In this document: positions 50,206-64,000 of the stretch, piece after piece
How positions within the stretch are numbered: position 1 is the first letter of the stretch
Layout: each line of letters opens with the position of its first letter
Source: Balamuthia mandrillaris
Lineage: Eukaryota
Direction of reading: 5' to 3'
Assembly: GCA_031835245.2 (NCBI GenBank)
Contig: JAVKOQ020000075.1
Coordinates: forward strand, 62,001 to 126,000
Length of the DNA: 64,000 nucleotides
Notes under the pieces: model-generated
Database searches by the model: none
Seen by the model: only the letters and a program-made list of their open reading frames with translations
Told to the model about the DNA's origin: nothing
Made by a program: the position numbers and the translations under genes

Positions 50206-50703
50206 ATGCTGCAGTGCACCACAAGACGCGTCCACCTACCTACCAGCCTGCTTCCAACCTCCGTTTGGCTGCACAAAACATCCCTATCTGTTCCCCGTGT
50301 TCGTGCCTTTCGTGACCCGCCCAATAACCAACCACCCCCTCCTCCTCGCCAACCCCAGAAACCAAAACAACCTATCTACGTCGAGCCAGCACCTGGCGAC
50401 AAGGGAGGGCTCTCTGGAGGACGCGCCCCACCTTCCAGCCAGCCCCTAAACAGCACCACCACAGCGCATCGCCTGCTTGAAGACACACCAACCACCAGGG
50501 ACGCTACCACCAGCATGGCTTCCTCTTCCGGAGGAGGAGGAGGAAGAGGCGGAGGAGCAACACCCATGGCCACAGTGAGGCAACAGTTGCAGAGGGCCTC
50601 GGGGGCTAACATCGCCCAGCCGTTCTCTGAGGTGAAGGCTCCTCCCTCCGATGCTGATAGCATCCAAGCAGACATTGTGTTGGGGCGTAAGCAACATACA
50701 TGA
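50206..50703 (+). CDS. Hypothetical Pro-rich protein with mitochondrial presequence-like N-terminus
   Basis: ATG after an A-rich leader; MLQCTTRRVHLPTSLL...PRVRAF has Arg/Ser/Leu and no acidic residues. Confidence 0.55.
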   Translation: MLQCTTRRVHLPTSLLPTSVWLHKTSLSVPRVRAFRDPPNNQPPPPPRQPQKPKQPIYVEPAPGDKGGLSGGRAPPSSQPLNSTTTAHRLLEDTPTTRDATTSMASSSGGGGGRGGGATPMATVRQQLQRASGANIAQPFSEVKAPPSDADSIQADIVLGRKQHT

Positions 50704-50755
50704 TCACTGCGCATTGACAGCTGGCTGCGGCTTGCCACAAGAGAGAGCAGAGAGC

Positions 50756-50791
<36 letters not shown>

Positions 50792-51072
50792 AGAGAAGAG
50801 AGAGAGAAGAGAGCAGAGAGGGGCGGCAATGCTCTCCTCACAACAAATGAGATGCAGTCAAATGTCACGAGAAAATCGGGCGCAAACTGGAAGAAAGAAT
50901 CAAATAACAGCCTTCTTGCAACTTTTTCAACAACTACTGTTTGACGCCTTGTTTGGCTTGGATGTTATCTGTTGGTTAAGACAGCACACTACTGTTGCCA
51001 CAAAAGTAAGCCCCTGGGACAATCAAGAAGAAGTGACAATCAAACAGAATGCGAAAGGCACTTTGTAGTTCG

Positions 51073-51402
51073 ATGGGCATGCAGACGGGCATCATGAACG
51101 CAGCCCGAGGTCGGCTCACCTCACCGGCTACGCAATTCGCGGTGCGAGGCTACTCTACAACGAAGAAAGAAAACCCTTACGACCCGCCAGAGAGGCTCAA
51201 TCGCAAGGGGGTCTTCCATGGGCTATGGGAAGACGTGTCCAACGCTGGCTCGCCCGTGGTGGGTGAACTTCCTGGAACCATTCAGAGAAGAAGCGAGACC
51301 ACGGCCGCTCCGCCCCCCGACGTGCCTCCCAGCAGACAAACCACACCACCACCAACACCAGAGGCCATGGCCACAAACAGCAAAAACCCTTCGAGCGAAT
51401 GA
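51073..51402 (+). CDS. Small hypothetical protein with mitochondrial presequence (RGY|S cleavage-like motif)
   Basis: MGMQTGIMNAARGRLTSPATQFAVRGYSTTKK... Confidence 0.55.
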   Translation: MGMQTGIMNAARGRLTSPATQFAVRGYSTTKKENPYDPPERLNRKGVFHGLWEDVSNAGSPVVGELPGTIQRRSETTAAPPPDVPPSRQTTPPPTPEAMATNSKNPSSE

Positions 51403-51663
51403 AGACGGAAAGCTAATAGGCAGTTTTAGGCGGACTGGAGAGAGGGAAGGTCCTTAAGGTGTCTAATTTAAAATATGTCCACATAAAATAAACAGCGGAA
51501 AGAAGAAAGAAAAGGGGACAAAAAGAAAGAAGAAAGAAAGCGGGCGTTTTTTGGTGACAAGCGGTGTGCGGCTTATTTTGGGGAGTTTCAAAAAAAAAAC
51601 CACAAAAGTTAGAGGTGCTTTACTTTTTTATAAACAGTTTATTCAACGGACTTAATCACAGCA

Positions 51664-53176
<1,513 letters not shown>

Positions 53177-53813
53177 GCGTTTTGTCTTGTAGCCCAAGCT
53201 TCCAGACTGCTTTGACCCTTCAAACAACCACCATCACCAGACGTTGCCCGTTGAACGTCGCCCGCCTTTCTCTCAGATTCTAGACCCCTCTTCTTTGGGA
53301 GCAACAACAAAGACAAGATTTTACGCTTTTTGTGAGTTTTTGTCTATTGTCCAACCTTTGGGTTGATCGCTCGACGTTTGCGGGGTGCTAACCGCCCTAT
53401 TTATGGCGTTGTTGCTGCCAATTTCCCTTTGAATTTCGGAGTTGAGGATAACTCCGTACCAAGCACTGCCAAACAGCGTAAGTTGACCAAAAACAAGAGG
53501 AGCTTACCAATTTGTATGGTGTTGTTTGGTGGTGGTGGGCCTATTTTGTTTTGGCTGAAGAAGAACGAACTCTTCGGGGTACTCGTCGCTTACTACCGCT
53601 TCACGCGTACATACACCATTTACCTCTGTGGGCAGCGCTTCATGGGTGTGGACAACTAACGAACTACTTCTGCCTACCGTAGCCCGTTTATTTATTTTTA
53701 TTTATTGAGTACTACCGTAGTTTGTCATCCTCTTCTTTTGGGTTGTGTGTACACGCTAAAGCGGTGCAACTTTGTGCTTTGTTCAGCGACTCTCTTCAAC
53801 TTATCAACGAGTA

Positions 53814-54521
53814 ATGCGAGAGCAAATGCCCAGCCAAGGCGTAGACAACAACATCTCCGTGCCGTGTTCCACCAAGGAGCCACGTAGCGCCCTAAACTCC
53901 TCGCGCTACGCTGGTCTCCAACCTGCCCACTGCAGCAAAAGACAACCCCACCCCGCCATGACGCCTTTGTACGAAGAGGAGGGTTCTGAGCAGCGTCAAC
54001 AACCCTCTGCTCCTTCCTCCTCCTCCTCCTCCTCCTTCGACAAAGCTCCACTGCGAGGTCCCAGCCGGCGGCGTTCCCACAGGTGCACGCCGGTGGTGGT
54101 ACACGTTCCTTGTTGCCTCTCCTCTACATATCCTCCCGCCCATCTGCCCTCTTCCACACGACTGCGGGTGACGGACATAGCGGGCAAAGCCTTTGTGGAC
54201 GGTTCCTCTTCTTCTGCGTCTCCTTCTTCGCGGGAGGAGCATGCTCAGCACCGAGCCAGACGAACGGAGAGTGTTGCAGTGCTGCGAGAGCGACGGCTAA
54301 CCTGGACGCCCTTGACGGACGTCATCTGCTCCGCTCCTGCTTCTTCGGCTTCCTTTTGCTCCTCCTCTTCTCCTGCTTCGTATGGTAGCGAAGCAGGCAG
54401 GGGAAGACGAGAGCTGCGAAGAAAGCGAAGCACTCAAGAGTTGGAATTGGAAAGAGCAAGGCGTTCAAGGACGGTGTCCTCTTCTCTTCCACAGGCCCTT
54501 CCTCTTGAGGCCGACGCTTAA
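53814..54521 (+). CDS. Hypothetical low-complexity Ser/Arg-rich protein
   Basis: Single ORF of about 235 aa in a relatively GC-rich stretch; no recognisable domain. Confidence 0.4.
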   Translation: MREQMPSQGVDNNISVPCSTKEPRSALNSSRYAGLQPAHCSKRQPHPAMTPLYEEEGSEQRQQPSAPSSSSSSSFDKAPLRGPSRRRSHRCTPVVVHVPCCLSSTYPPAHLPSSTRLRVTDIAGKAFVDGSSSSASPSSREEHAQHRARRTESVAVLRERRLTWTPLTDVICSAPASSASFCSSSSPASYGSEAGRGRRELRRKRSTQELELERARRSRTVSSSLPQALPLEADA

Positions 54522-54944
54522 AGCAAGAGAGAACGCGCAAGAGCAGGAGAGGGAGGGCGGAAGTGCAGGGCTGCAAGAAACGTCGACGAGGCTTACAATT
54601 TCCTCTCTTCTTTCTTTCTGGGCCTACTTTGCTTCTTCGCTGTGGCCAGCACAGGATATTCCTTTGATGTTGAACGCAACTCTTCCATTTTGTAAACTTG
54701 GTGTATGTACAAAAAGACAAACAAATACTACAAAGCTTTCTTTATGGGGAAGCCACTTTTGCACAGAGGCCCCCTCTTTTCCAGGACTTTTTTTTTCGAA
54801 GAACCCACCACCACCACCACCCACTTTCGTTTCTTTTTATTATTTATTGTCCATTTTTCCTTCTTGGCTTGCCTTCCAGAGCAGAAGAAGAAGAAGCAAA
54901 GAAAAAAAAAGGCTTCAAGCCCAAAGGGGACAACACGTAGCGCA

Positions 54945-56482
<1,538 letters not shown>

Positions 56483-56629
56483 AACAACAATGACACCTTC
56501 TCTTTCTCCATTCCCTTGTTCTCATCCCCCCTCTTTTCTCTTGTCTCGTGCTCTTTCCTGTTTTTCTCTCACGTTAGGGGATAGATGTTTTAGTTACTTC
56601 CCTGCATGACCTAGAATACAGATTCTTTA

Positions 56630-57451
56630 TTAGTCCTCATTTTCTGTTGGCGGGTGGCCTGCTTCTTCAACTGTTGACTGCCCTCCCTCTTCCTCCGTAA
56701 CTCCCTCTTGTTCCGCCCCCTCCTGTCCGTTTGGCTCTGCCACTCCTCCTTCAAACACCTCCCAATAAAACCTAATCAATGGAGGCAGGATCTTCACCCA
56801 AGAAGGACCCCAACATGCCGCTAGGCTCTCCACGCTCATCTTGTTCTTATCTTTGTGCTCTACAATCCTTGCAAGGTTCCAAATGAGGTACCTTACCGTC
56901 TCATAGTTGACCATAGGAAGCTGATTTACCAGTTCTTTGAGCTGTTCAGGGTTCACGCCTTCCTTTTGCTCTGTAGCAGAAGAGAGAAGGTGCCAAGGGA
57001 ATAATCAGATCTTCGGAGATAAAAGAAGTCCCTCTCGCTCTTGGGCTCTCTGACTAACCTCCAAGTTTTATAAACTCTGGCTTCAACTCTTCTGTCCACA
57101 AAGAGTCTGGTACTTCCTTGAAGAATACGTTCACCAAGCCAGCTACCTCCAAAGGATCGGTATGATCTTCAAAAACTACTTCCTGACCTTTTCGTCATTT
57201 AAAAAAAGAAAAGAAACTTCAGTACAAAACTAAGGCCACGGCGAAAAAAGGAGAGAGAGTAACCAGCATCGAATAGCGTGCGATATTTTGTGATAAAGGA
57301 GCGAGAAGCAGCAGATTGATAGATACATGGCTCTGTTAAGCCTCGCTTTTCAATAAAATTAATACAAACACGAATAGGAGCAGGAACCAAGCCCTCCGGA
57401 TCAGACCTGTTATCGGAAAAAAGCAGTCCATGCGTTAACAGTAAACCGGGA

Positions 57452-57496
<45 letters not shown>

Positions 57497-57541
57497 AGAG
57501 AGATGAAAGCAAGAGAAAGGAGAAAGAGAGCGAGAGAGAGC

Positions 57542-57572
<31 letters not shown>

Positions 57573-58585
57573 GGAGGGTAGAACAAGGCAAAAGGAACCT
57601 TCTGGCAGCATCAGCGAGGGGAACGCCAAAGACAACTGTGGACTCGGGAAATTGGCCATTGATCTTGGCATCCAACAGAACAGGTAAAACTGCGCACCAG
57701 GTAGCACCAAGACTGGTGCTGAGGTTGGAAGCATTCATCTTGTTCTTGGCCGTATTTTGGATGATTCGGTGCATGTGCTCCACAATGTAGTGGATGGTTT
57801 GGCGGTTGATGAGAGGCAGCTGGTACCAAAGGTGATGAAGGTGTTGGAACTTGGTGGTGGGATCCTTATACGTGCAGAGGCGTTTGAAGTCCGCCTTCAA
57901 CTCCTCCGTAAATAGCGACTCTGGCATGTCCTTCAGAAAGTGGATAAGGAGCCCAGAGACGTTATTGGGGTCAAGCTCGTTTTCCATGAGGTTGATGTCT
58001 TCCCCTGCAAAGAGAAAGAGTTAAGCAAAAGAAGAAGGAAAGAGTGGCAATACAAAGAAGGTTGGGGCAGTTACCGCGGTTCATTGCCTCTTTGTACTTC
58101 TTAACGGTGGTGAGGTTGCCAGGAATACGATAGAGGCCTTCCTCATCCAAACCTTTTGTTTAGCGTGAAGGAAAAAAACGGTGGGTTAACATCGCAGCAA
58201 GAGCGGAAGAAGGAAGACAGAGGAACGAAAAGATGGTGTTATTACCCTTCTGGTCCAAATATTCAATCGCAAGTTTGACGGGAAGGGGAAGGTACTCCCG
58301 TGCGCCAACGTCCTTGGAGTTCTGAACGGCAACGGCCAAAGGCACCCCAAAGACAGCGTAGCGCAGGGGGTCCACCTCCTCAGGGGCCTGCGAAGCCGAC
58401 GGTGGGGCAGCCCCGCCCTCACCCTTTTTCTTTTGGGCCTTCCTCTCGGCTTTCTTTTGGGCCTTCTCCGCCTTTTTCTTCTCCCTCTCGGCTTTCTTGG
58501 CCGCTTTGCGGTCAGTGGTGGTAGTGGTGGTAGTGGTGGTGGCCCCTTGGGCCGCTGGCGGGGCGGCTCCTGCAGGGCTACTCAT
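56630..58585 (-). CDS. Tandem RhoGAP-domain protein, multi-exon
   Basis: Two copies of VFGVPL...P..V/I...I..GL.E..Y...DP..V.GLL/V..F.K..P.SL.T...QLP..N..T; the first has EEGLYRIPG. Confidence 0.9.
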
Positions 58586-58995
58586 GCTTTGTTACTACGT
58601 CGTAACAACTTCGTCCTGGCGGCCTCCTCCTTTTAGTGCGAAGCGAAAAGGGGGCCGCAGCTGATTGACTCTCCTTTCCACGTTAATTTTTTTTATTTTC
58701 TTTGGGCGGGTGGTGGTGGGGTGCGGTGGTTGCGTATGAGAAAGGGATGGAGGCAAAACGGCACGACGACCCGTCCGGAATTTGGGAGGAATTTAGTGGG
58801 AGAAGCGGACAAAACCAATTCAGTGTGTGCTACCCATTTTATACTCACAATTGAAAACGTGCAGTGCTGCTGCTCGCTCACACCACCACCACCACAGCCC
58901 CCAAAAAGAAGAAGAGAAGAAGAGCACACCGTTGGGGCTGGTTTTTGGTTTTTTTTTTTGCAGCAGCAGCAGCACACGCAGCATTACTTTAAAGA

Positions 58996-59070
58996 ATGCT
59001 GCGTTTGGTCAGAAGCCATGAACGCGGTTGCCTTCCCTTGGCAACGCACTGGGGACTGCCACACCCAGGT

Positions 59071-59112
<42 letters not shown>

Positions 59113-60183
59113 CTGTTTTCTTTGGAAGCTCACTGGTTGTTTATAATAACAGCAGGCGTGATTTCGAAGCACAGAACTGCCCGAGCAGCTACCAACACAA
59201 GCAACCCTTTTCTTTTCTTGAACACTTGCCCAGGGACAGCACGGTTGTGCCACAGCAGCAGACACCCTCACCCTCCTCACTCCACCCCTACTGCTCCCTC
59301 CTCTTCTGTCACTTCCACGCACATCTCCTCTCCCCCAACGCCTCCTCAAGTCCAACACTCGGTACCCACGCCCATATTGGCACAACAGCTCAACGAGGTT
59401 ACCACTGAACCCACTACCACAGCCACTGCCTCAGGAACACAAGAAACAGTAGCAATAACAGGAGAAGAGGCAACGGGTCTCTCCCCACAGAAAAAAGAGT
59501 TTTTGGATAAGATAGAGGCGTTCCTACGGCGGCTTGCCTCTTTTAACCATGATTACGAGCGCCCTTCCTCCCTTCCTTGGGACGTTATTTTGGCGTAAGC
59601 TCCTCTCTTCTCTCTTCTCTCTTCTCTCTTCTTTCTTCTCTCTTCTCTCTTCTCTTTTCTCTTCTCTTCTCTCTTCTCTTCTCTTCTCTTCTCTTCTCTT
59701 CTCTTCTCTTCTCTTCTCTCTTCTCTCTTCTCTCTTCTCTCTTCTCTCTTTCTCTCTCTTCTCTCTTCTCTCTTCTCTCTCTCTCTTCTTCTTCCTTCTT
59801 CTCTTCTCTTCTCTTCTCTCTCTCTCTCTTCTCTTCTCTTCTCTTCTCTTCTCTTCTCTTCTCTTCTCTTCTCTCTCTTCTCTCTCTTCTCTCTCTCTTC
59901 TCTCTCTTCTCTCTCCTTGTAGGTGACGCAACGTGTTCTGCTCATATTGCCTTCTTCGTTGCAATCATAAACCAATGGATTGAACCACAACAGAGAGACA
60001 GCAGATGACCTTGAACGATTTTTCCGTGTGGTGATTGCAGGAGAGTTCAATGCTGGCAAGAGTTCGCTTATAAATACGCTGATAGAAGCCACCATTCTGA
60101 AAGAAGACGTCTGGTAAGCATTTTCCCTTTATTCAGCAGGAGTCGGTGAAGAGAGGGGAGAGAGGAGAGAGGAGAGCGAGGGA

Positions 60184-60223
<40 letters not shown>

Positions 60224-62514
60224 ACGATATGAATAACGTTGTATCAAAAAATGCAGGGTAACAACGTCACAAATAGCCTCTGTTCGGTGGGGCGAGATCC
60301 CAAGTGAGACCACTGATGCAAGCGGCATTTTGGTGATCCACCATCCTGCCGCATGGCTTCGAGACAACAAGCTAGAGCTGCTGGACACACCAGGAGTACA
60401 TTCAGTGGTACAAGGCCATCAGGAAATTACCGAAAAGTATATTCCAAAAGCGGACCTCATTCTGTTTGTATTGTCTGCGGACAGGCTGTTCTCGGCCAGT
60501 GAGAAGGATTTTCTCGCCTCCATTGCATCGTGGGGTAAGAAGGTAACAGTTCCTTTTCACTATTTGCTCAATAGTTTTTTTTTGACGGTTACTTGCATTG
60601 CAGGTAGCGTTTGTCCTTAATAAGATCGATACTTTGCGTGGAAGTGAGGAACAAGTACAACACAATATCAAAAGACTAGTTAGCACACTCTCGGACCAAG
60701 CAAAGAGCATTCTTCCAGGCTCTCATCCTCTTATATTCCCTATTTCTGCTTATCTGGTACAATACATTTCCACTGTTATTTTATCTCTCTCGCGCGCTCT
60801 CTATCCCTCTAACTTAACCAATAAAGGCCAAAGAAGCCCAGTCAGCATCCAGCAAGGGAGACAAAGAAAAAGCAGAACAACTCATGCAACGCTCTAAGTT
60901 TTCTTCCTTGCAATCTTTTATACGAGAGAAGTTGGGAGAGGATGAACGCTTTTTTCACAAGGTGAAAGGAAGTCTTGGCATTGCTGCCAAGTTCTATGCA
61001 GAAAACAAAAGCGCATATGATGCGGAACTTTCTCGCAATAAGACCCATGTGACTGTACTCGGTCACTTGAAGCAGAATGTACAACAATTTGAAGGTTCTC
61101 TTTCTTCTCTACTTCCTCTTGGCTGTATACTGATTATTCTACTTTCGCATCTACAAGAGCGAATAGCGGTTGACCTGCAATCTACATATGAAAAAAGTAC
61201 TCTCTCTCTCTCTCCTCCTTGTAACAATAGTGAGTTAACATTTCCCTTCACAGCATTACTAAAGCAGCTTGATGAAATTCAGCACAACATCAAGACTTAC
61301 TTCGGTCGCAAACCCTCTCGCAAGCTGTTATCTAAAAAGCTCAACCAACCAGCATTGTTGTCTCTATCTCCACTCCCCTTCTCCTCTTCCTCTTCCTCTG
61401 TCGACTTCTCTCTCTTCGAAGAGGAGTTGAGTAGGCATGTCCTTCGAACACATGACTTTGTGAATACAGTAAACGACACATGGGCTCACTCTGAAGAACA
61501 GTTGAACAGAGCTTTGATCAATGAGTGGCAACGGGTATTGCGCAAGATACAGGACATTAACCAAGAAGCCGCAGCAGATGTGGACGAGGAACTCGCCCTT
61601 CATGAAGACAATCGCAACAGGACTGCTAGGTTTGCTGCAGGTTTGGATGATGTGGCTCCTGGCGGTGCTGATTCTCAAGAAGATGGGGCAATGGTCGTTG
61701 ACAGGCAAGCTTCACAAGCCGTCATGCGGCAGGTCATCGCCAGTTATGCAGGAGGTCCTCATCAGGAACAAGGTTTCTCTTAAGTTTCTTAGCAATCCTA
61801 AGTATAGTTTTTTTTGTGCTAACAATATTTCATAAGTAGATGCTCAGCCAGTGGCGATGGCCTCTACAGTAGCATTGCAACGCACTCGCCACTCCTTACA
61901 AAGGTGCTCACTCATCTGTTAGTTTCGGACCAACTTCTTCTCATACGAGTTTTTTTTTAATGAAACAAAGGACTTTGACACAAACGAAGAACTGGATAAC
62001 AGCTTCCACGATGATGGGTGCCACACTGGCTCTCTTTGCAGAGACGCCAGCCGAGTTCATTGCAGTAGGAAACGGGACGGTGCTGCTAGGCATGGCCTCC
62101 TACTTGCTCTGGCGCAGTCGTTGGGAGAATCTCGCCTACAAGTTGCTGGTATGGCAGAACGGCGTTCGAGACAAGTGCGAGGAGAGCTACCGGGACTTCT
62201 TCTTGGGAGAGCTTGGAAGAAGCGTGAGAGAGTTAGGCAGGCGCATCGAGCAGCAGGAAAGCAGGCTCAAAGAAGAGAGGAATGCTATCGACCAACAAAG
62301 CCTGCAGCTGGAGCAGCTCGGCAGCGAGATGCGAAGCTTAGACCAGGAGCTGCTTGCATTTGCTACTGAGTACAAGAAAAGCGAGGGAAGCGTTGCACAT
62401 TCAAAAGGAGGCATACAACACAAACCAAAAGACACCATCATGGCAGAACAAGACAAAGTCAAACAACAGCAAAATCAGGATGAAGGCGTATACGAGACTG
62501 ACAAGTCAAAGTGA
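58996..62514 (+). CDS. FZL/bacterial-dynamin-like (mitofusin-class) GTPase with C-terminal TM region and coiled coil, multi-exon
   Basis: G1 VVIAGEFNAGKSSLIN, G2 VTT, G3 LLDTPG, IPKADLILFVLSADR..SASE..FL...WGKK, G4 FVLNKID; hydrophobic segments ITASTMMGATLALF and VLLGMASYLLW. Confidence 0.85.
59600..59915 (+). repeat. Intronic pure-pyrimidine (CTCTT)n/(CT)n tract, about 315 bp
   Basis: Lies between the GC|GTAAGC donor at about 59595 and the TTGTAG acceptor at 59922. Confidence 0.95.
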
Positions 62515-62576
62515 AGATAAATACCACCACCATTGAAGGTGATGTATATACATAACGCCATGTTTAGCCTCTCCTT

Positions 62577-64000
62577 TTATGGCTCCTCTCGAGTGACTGA
62601 TGCTTCTCCTTCCAGTTCTTCTTCTGTTCTTCTTTGTTCACTCTCGTCTAATTTTTTCGACTCCTCCGTAAGCTTTTTCTTTCCACAAAACGCAACACCG
62701 TAGCGGCGGGCAAGTTCCTCGAAGCAATTGCCAGGTAAAGCGTCTGTGCTGTCTAAGAACTCGTTTCCGACCTTGCTTATTACAGCGAAGAGATCCCCTA
62801 CAATAGCAACCGTCATAATTATAGCAAACATAAAAGGAAGAAAGATGGGCAGAAACGACAAGAAACAAATTGAGAAATGAAAGAGAGAGAGAGAGAGAGA
62901 GAGAACCAAGGGAAACATGATGTTCCGCAGTGATGTCGCAGAACTGAGCAATAAGTAGGTGTAAAGGAGTTCCTTGATACTTTTCCTTGAAGGTAAAGTA
63001 GTATATTTCTCTTCCGGCCTGAGAAGCGGCCATCACCTGTTGAAAAAACTTCAAGGCTTTGTCTCCTCCAAAAGCTTTTTGTTTAAATAGATGCAACACA
63101 AAGACCACCATCAGCAAGCAAGCGAAACAAGCGTCGCAACCACGACAATCACACCAGTAACAACAACAACAGCATCCACAAAGACAAACCTCCACAACCC
63201 CAGTTGCCAGTGGCAAACGGCATCAAGGTATCCCGCTCCGCGTCTGCAGGGGAAGGAAGGCAACCACAATAGGCTTTGTTGAGGTCGCGAAGCATAAAGT
63301 GCTCTTGCCATTGCCCTCTTCCTCTGGCCACAACAGCATCCATGGCAATGATCGGACAGCCTTTGTGCCCACGCGAGTCTCTGAACAGGCAACACGAGGT
63401 TAATGTTTTTCTTTACACCTTTGAGGAAGGGCAGATATCAAATAGCGTACGTTGGCGAGAGGTCTCTGAAATCACTGTGAAAGGCAAGGCTGTGGGCATA
63501 ACCTGAACACGTTGAATAACGCTCAGCACCTTCCAAAAGAATTGTTTCATTCTCATCCATACGGGCGCAAACAAGCCTGTTGTCATTTGGTTTGTTAGAG
63601 CTGACACCACACTCCCGTGCTACACGTACATTGATGGTAAACACTCTGGCTTTATAGCAAAAAGGATCTCTTCCTGAACAGCCCCCTATTCACTATAGCC
63701 TCAATCACAACAAACTAGACAAAAACAAGAAAGCGAGAAGGTAACGTACTCCTCTAAGCACACCACCACCAATGTACTGATTCGCAAAGTCTGCGTGAAG
63801 CGAGTCAGCACAATCCTCTATAAAGCCTTCTATATGGCAGGTCACCTTCTGCACCAATTTATCGCTATAAGGCCAATCCGGTTTGCTATCCTTCTGCAAA
63901 GCTCTTCTAGTGTAACTGACTGTGCCTAACGGTACTGTGGCGCAAGACATTAGCTTAGTGATTCAACTTCGCAACAAAGAGAGAGAGAGAGAGAGAGAGA
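62577..64000 (-). CDS. PARG: Poly(ADP-ribose) glycohydrolase, 3' part (5' end beyond the window)
   Basis: LHADFANQYIGGGVLRG|GAVQEEILFAIKPEC (GGG-x-QEE catalytic signature), GAERYS, AMDA, RDLNKAYCG, ATGNWGCG|AFGGDKALKF. Confidence 0.93.

Noticed and set aside
53363..53659. 98-aa ORF between PRMT1 and the next gene
   Set aside because: Non-ATG start, no motif; probably UTR or promoter sequence.
59524..60095. EKRRE-repeat and SSLLF-repeat ORFs
   Set aside because: Translations of an intronic (CTCTT)n tract bounded by GT-AG.

Overview
Gene-dense eukaryotic genomic DNA with about 30 intron-containing protein genes on both strands. Introns are short, mostly GT-AG, and often carry (CT)n microsatellites on the sense strand. 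The gene content (Roco kinase, Rac, DBH-like monooxygenase) and intron style suggest a free-living amoebozoan, possibly Balamuthia/Acanthamoeba-like; this is inference only. Recognisable genes: EXPERA/EBP-like protein, GlcNAc kinase, NUDT17, DOMON/copper monooxygenase, Roco LRR-Roc-COR-kinase-WD40, BTB-BACK, PP2A B55, Rac GTPase, DBP3, ABHD13, COQ4, SAM-kinesin-13, F-box/ankyrin, HAD hydrolase, UPF2, PRMT1, DIM1, tandem RhoGAP, FZL/bacterial-dynamin-like GTPase and PARG (partial). Three features stand out. (1) A spliced, signal-peptide-bearing protein of about 700 aa (33962-36320) whose N-terminal half aligns by eye with the bacterial T6SS Hcp/phage tail-tube fold, fused to two bacterial-like beta-rich repeats. 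(2) An apparently non-coding host transcript (about 31900-32500, minus) whose two introns each hold a box C/D snoRNA (SNORD74/snR64-like and SNORD38/snR61-like). (3) A probably mitochondrion-targeted FZL-type dynamin. All homology calls were made by eye from remembered family motifs. Gene coordinates are outer spans and some exon boundaries are approximate.
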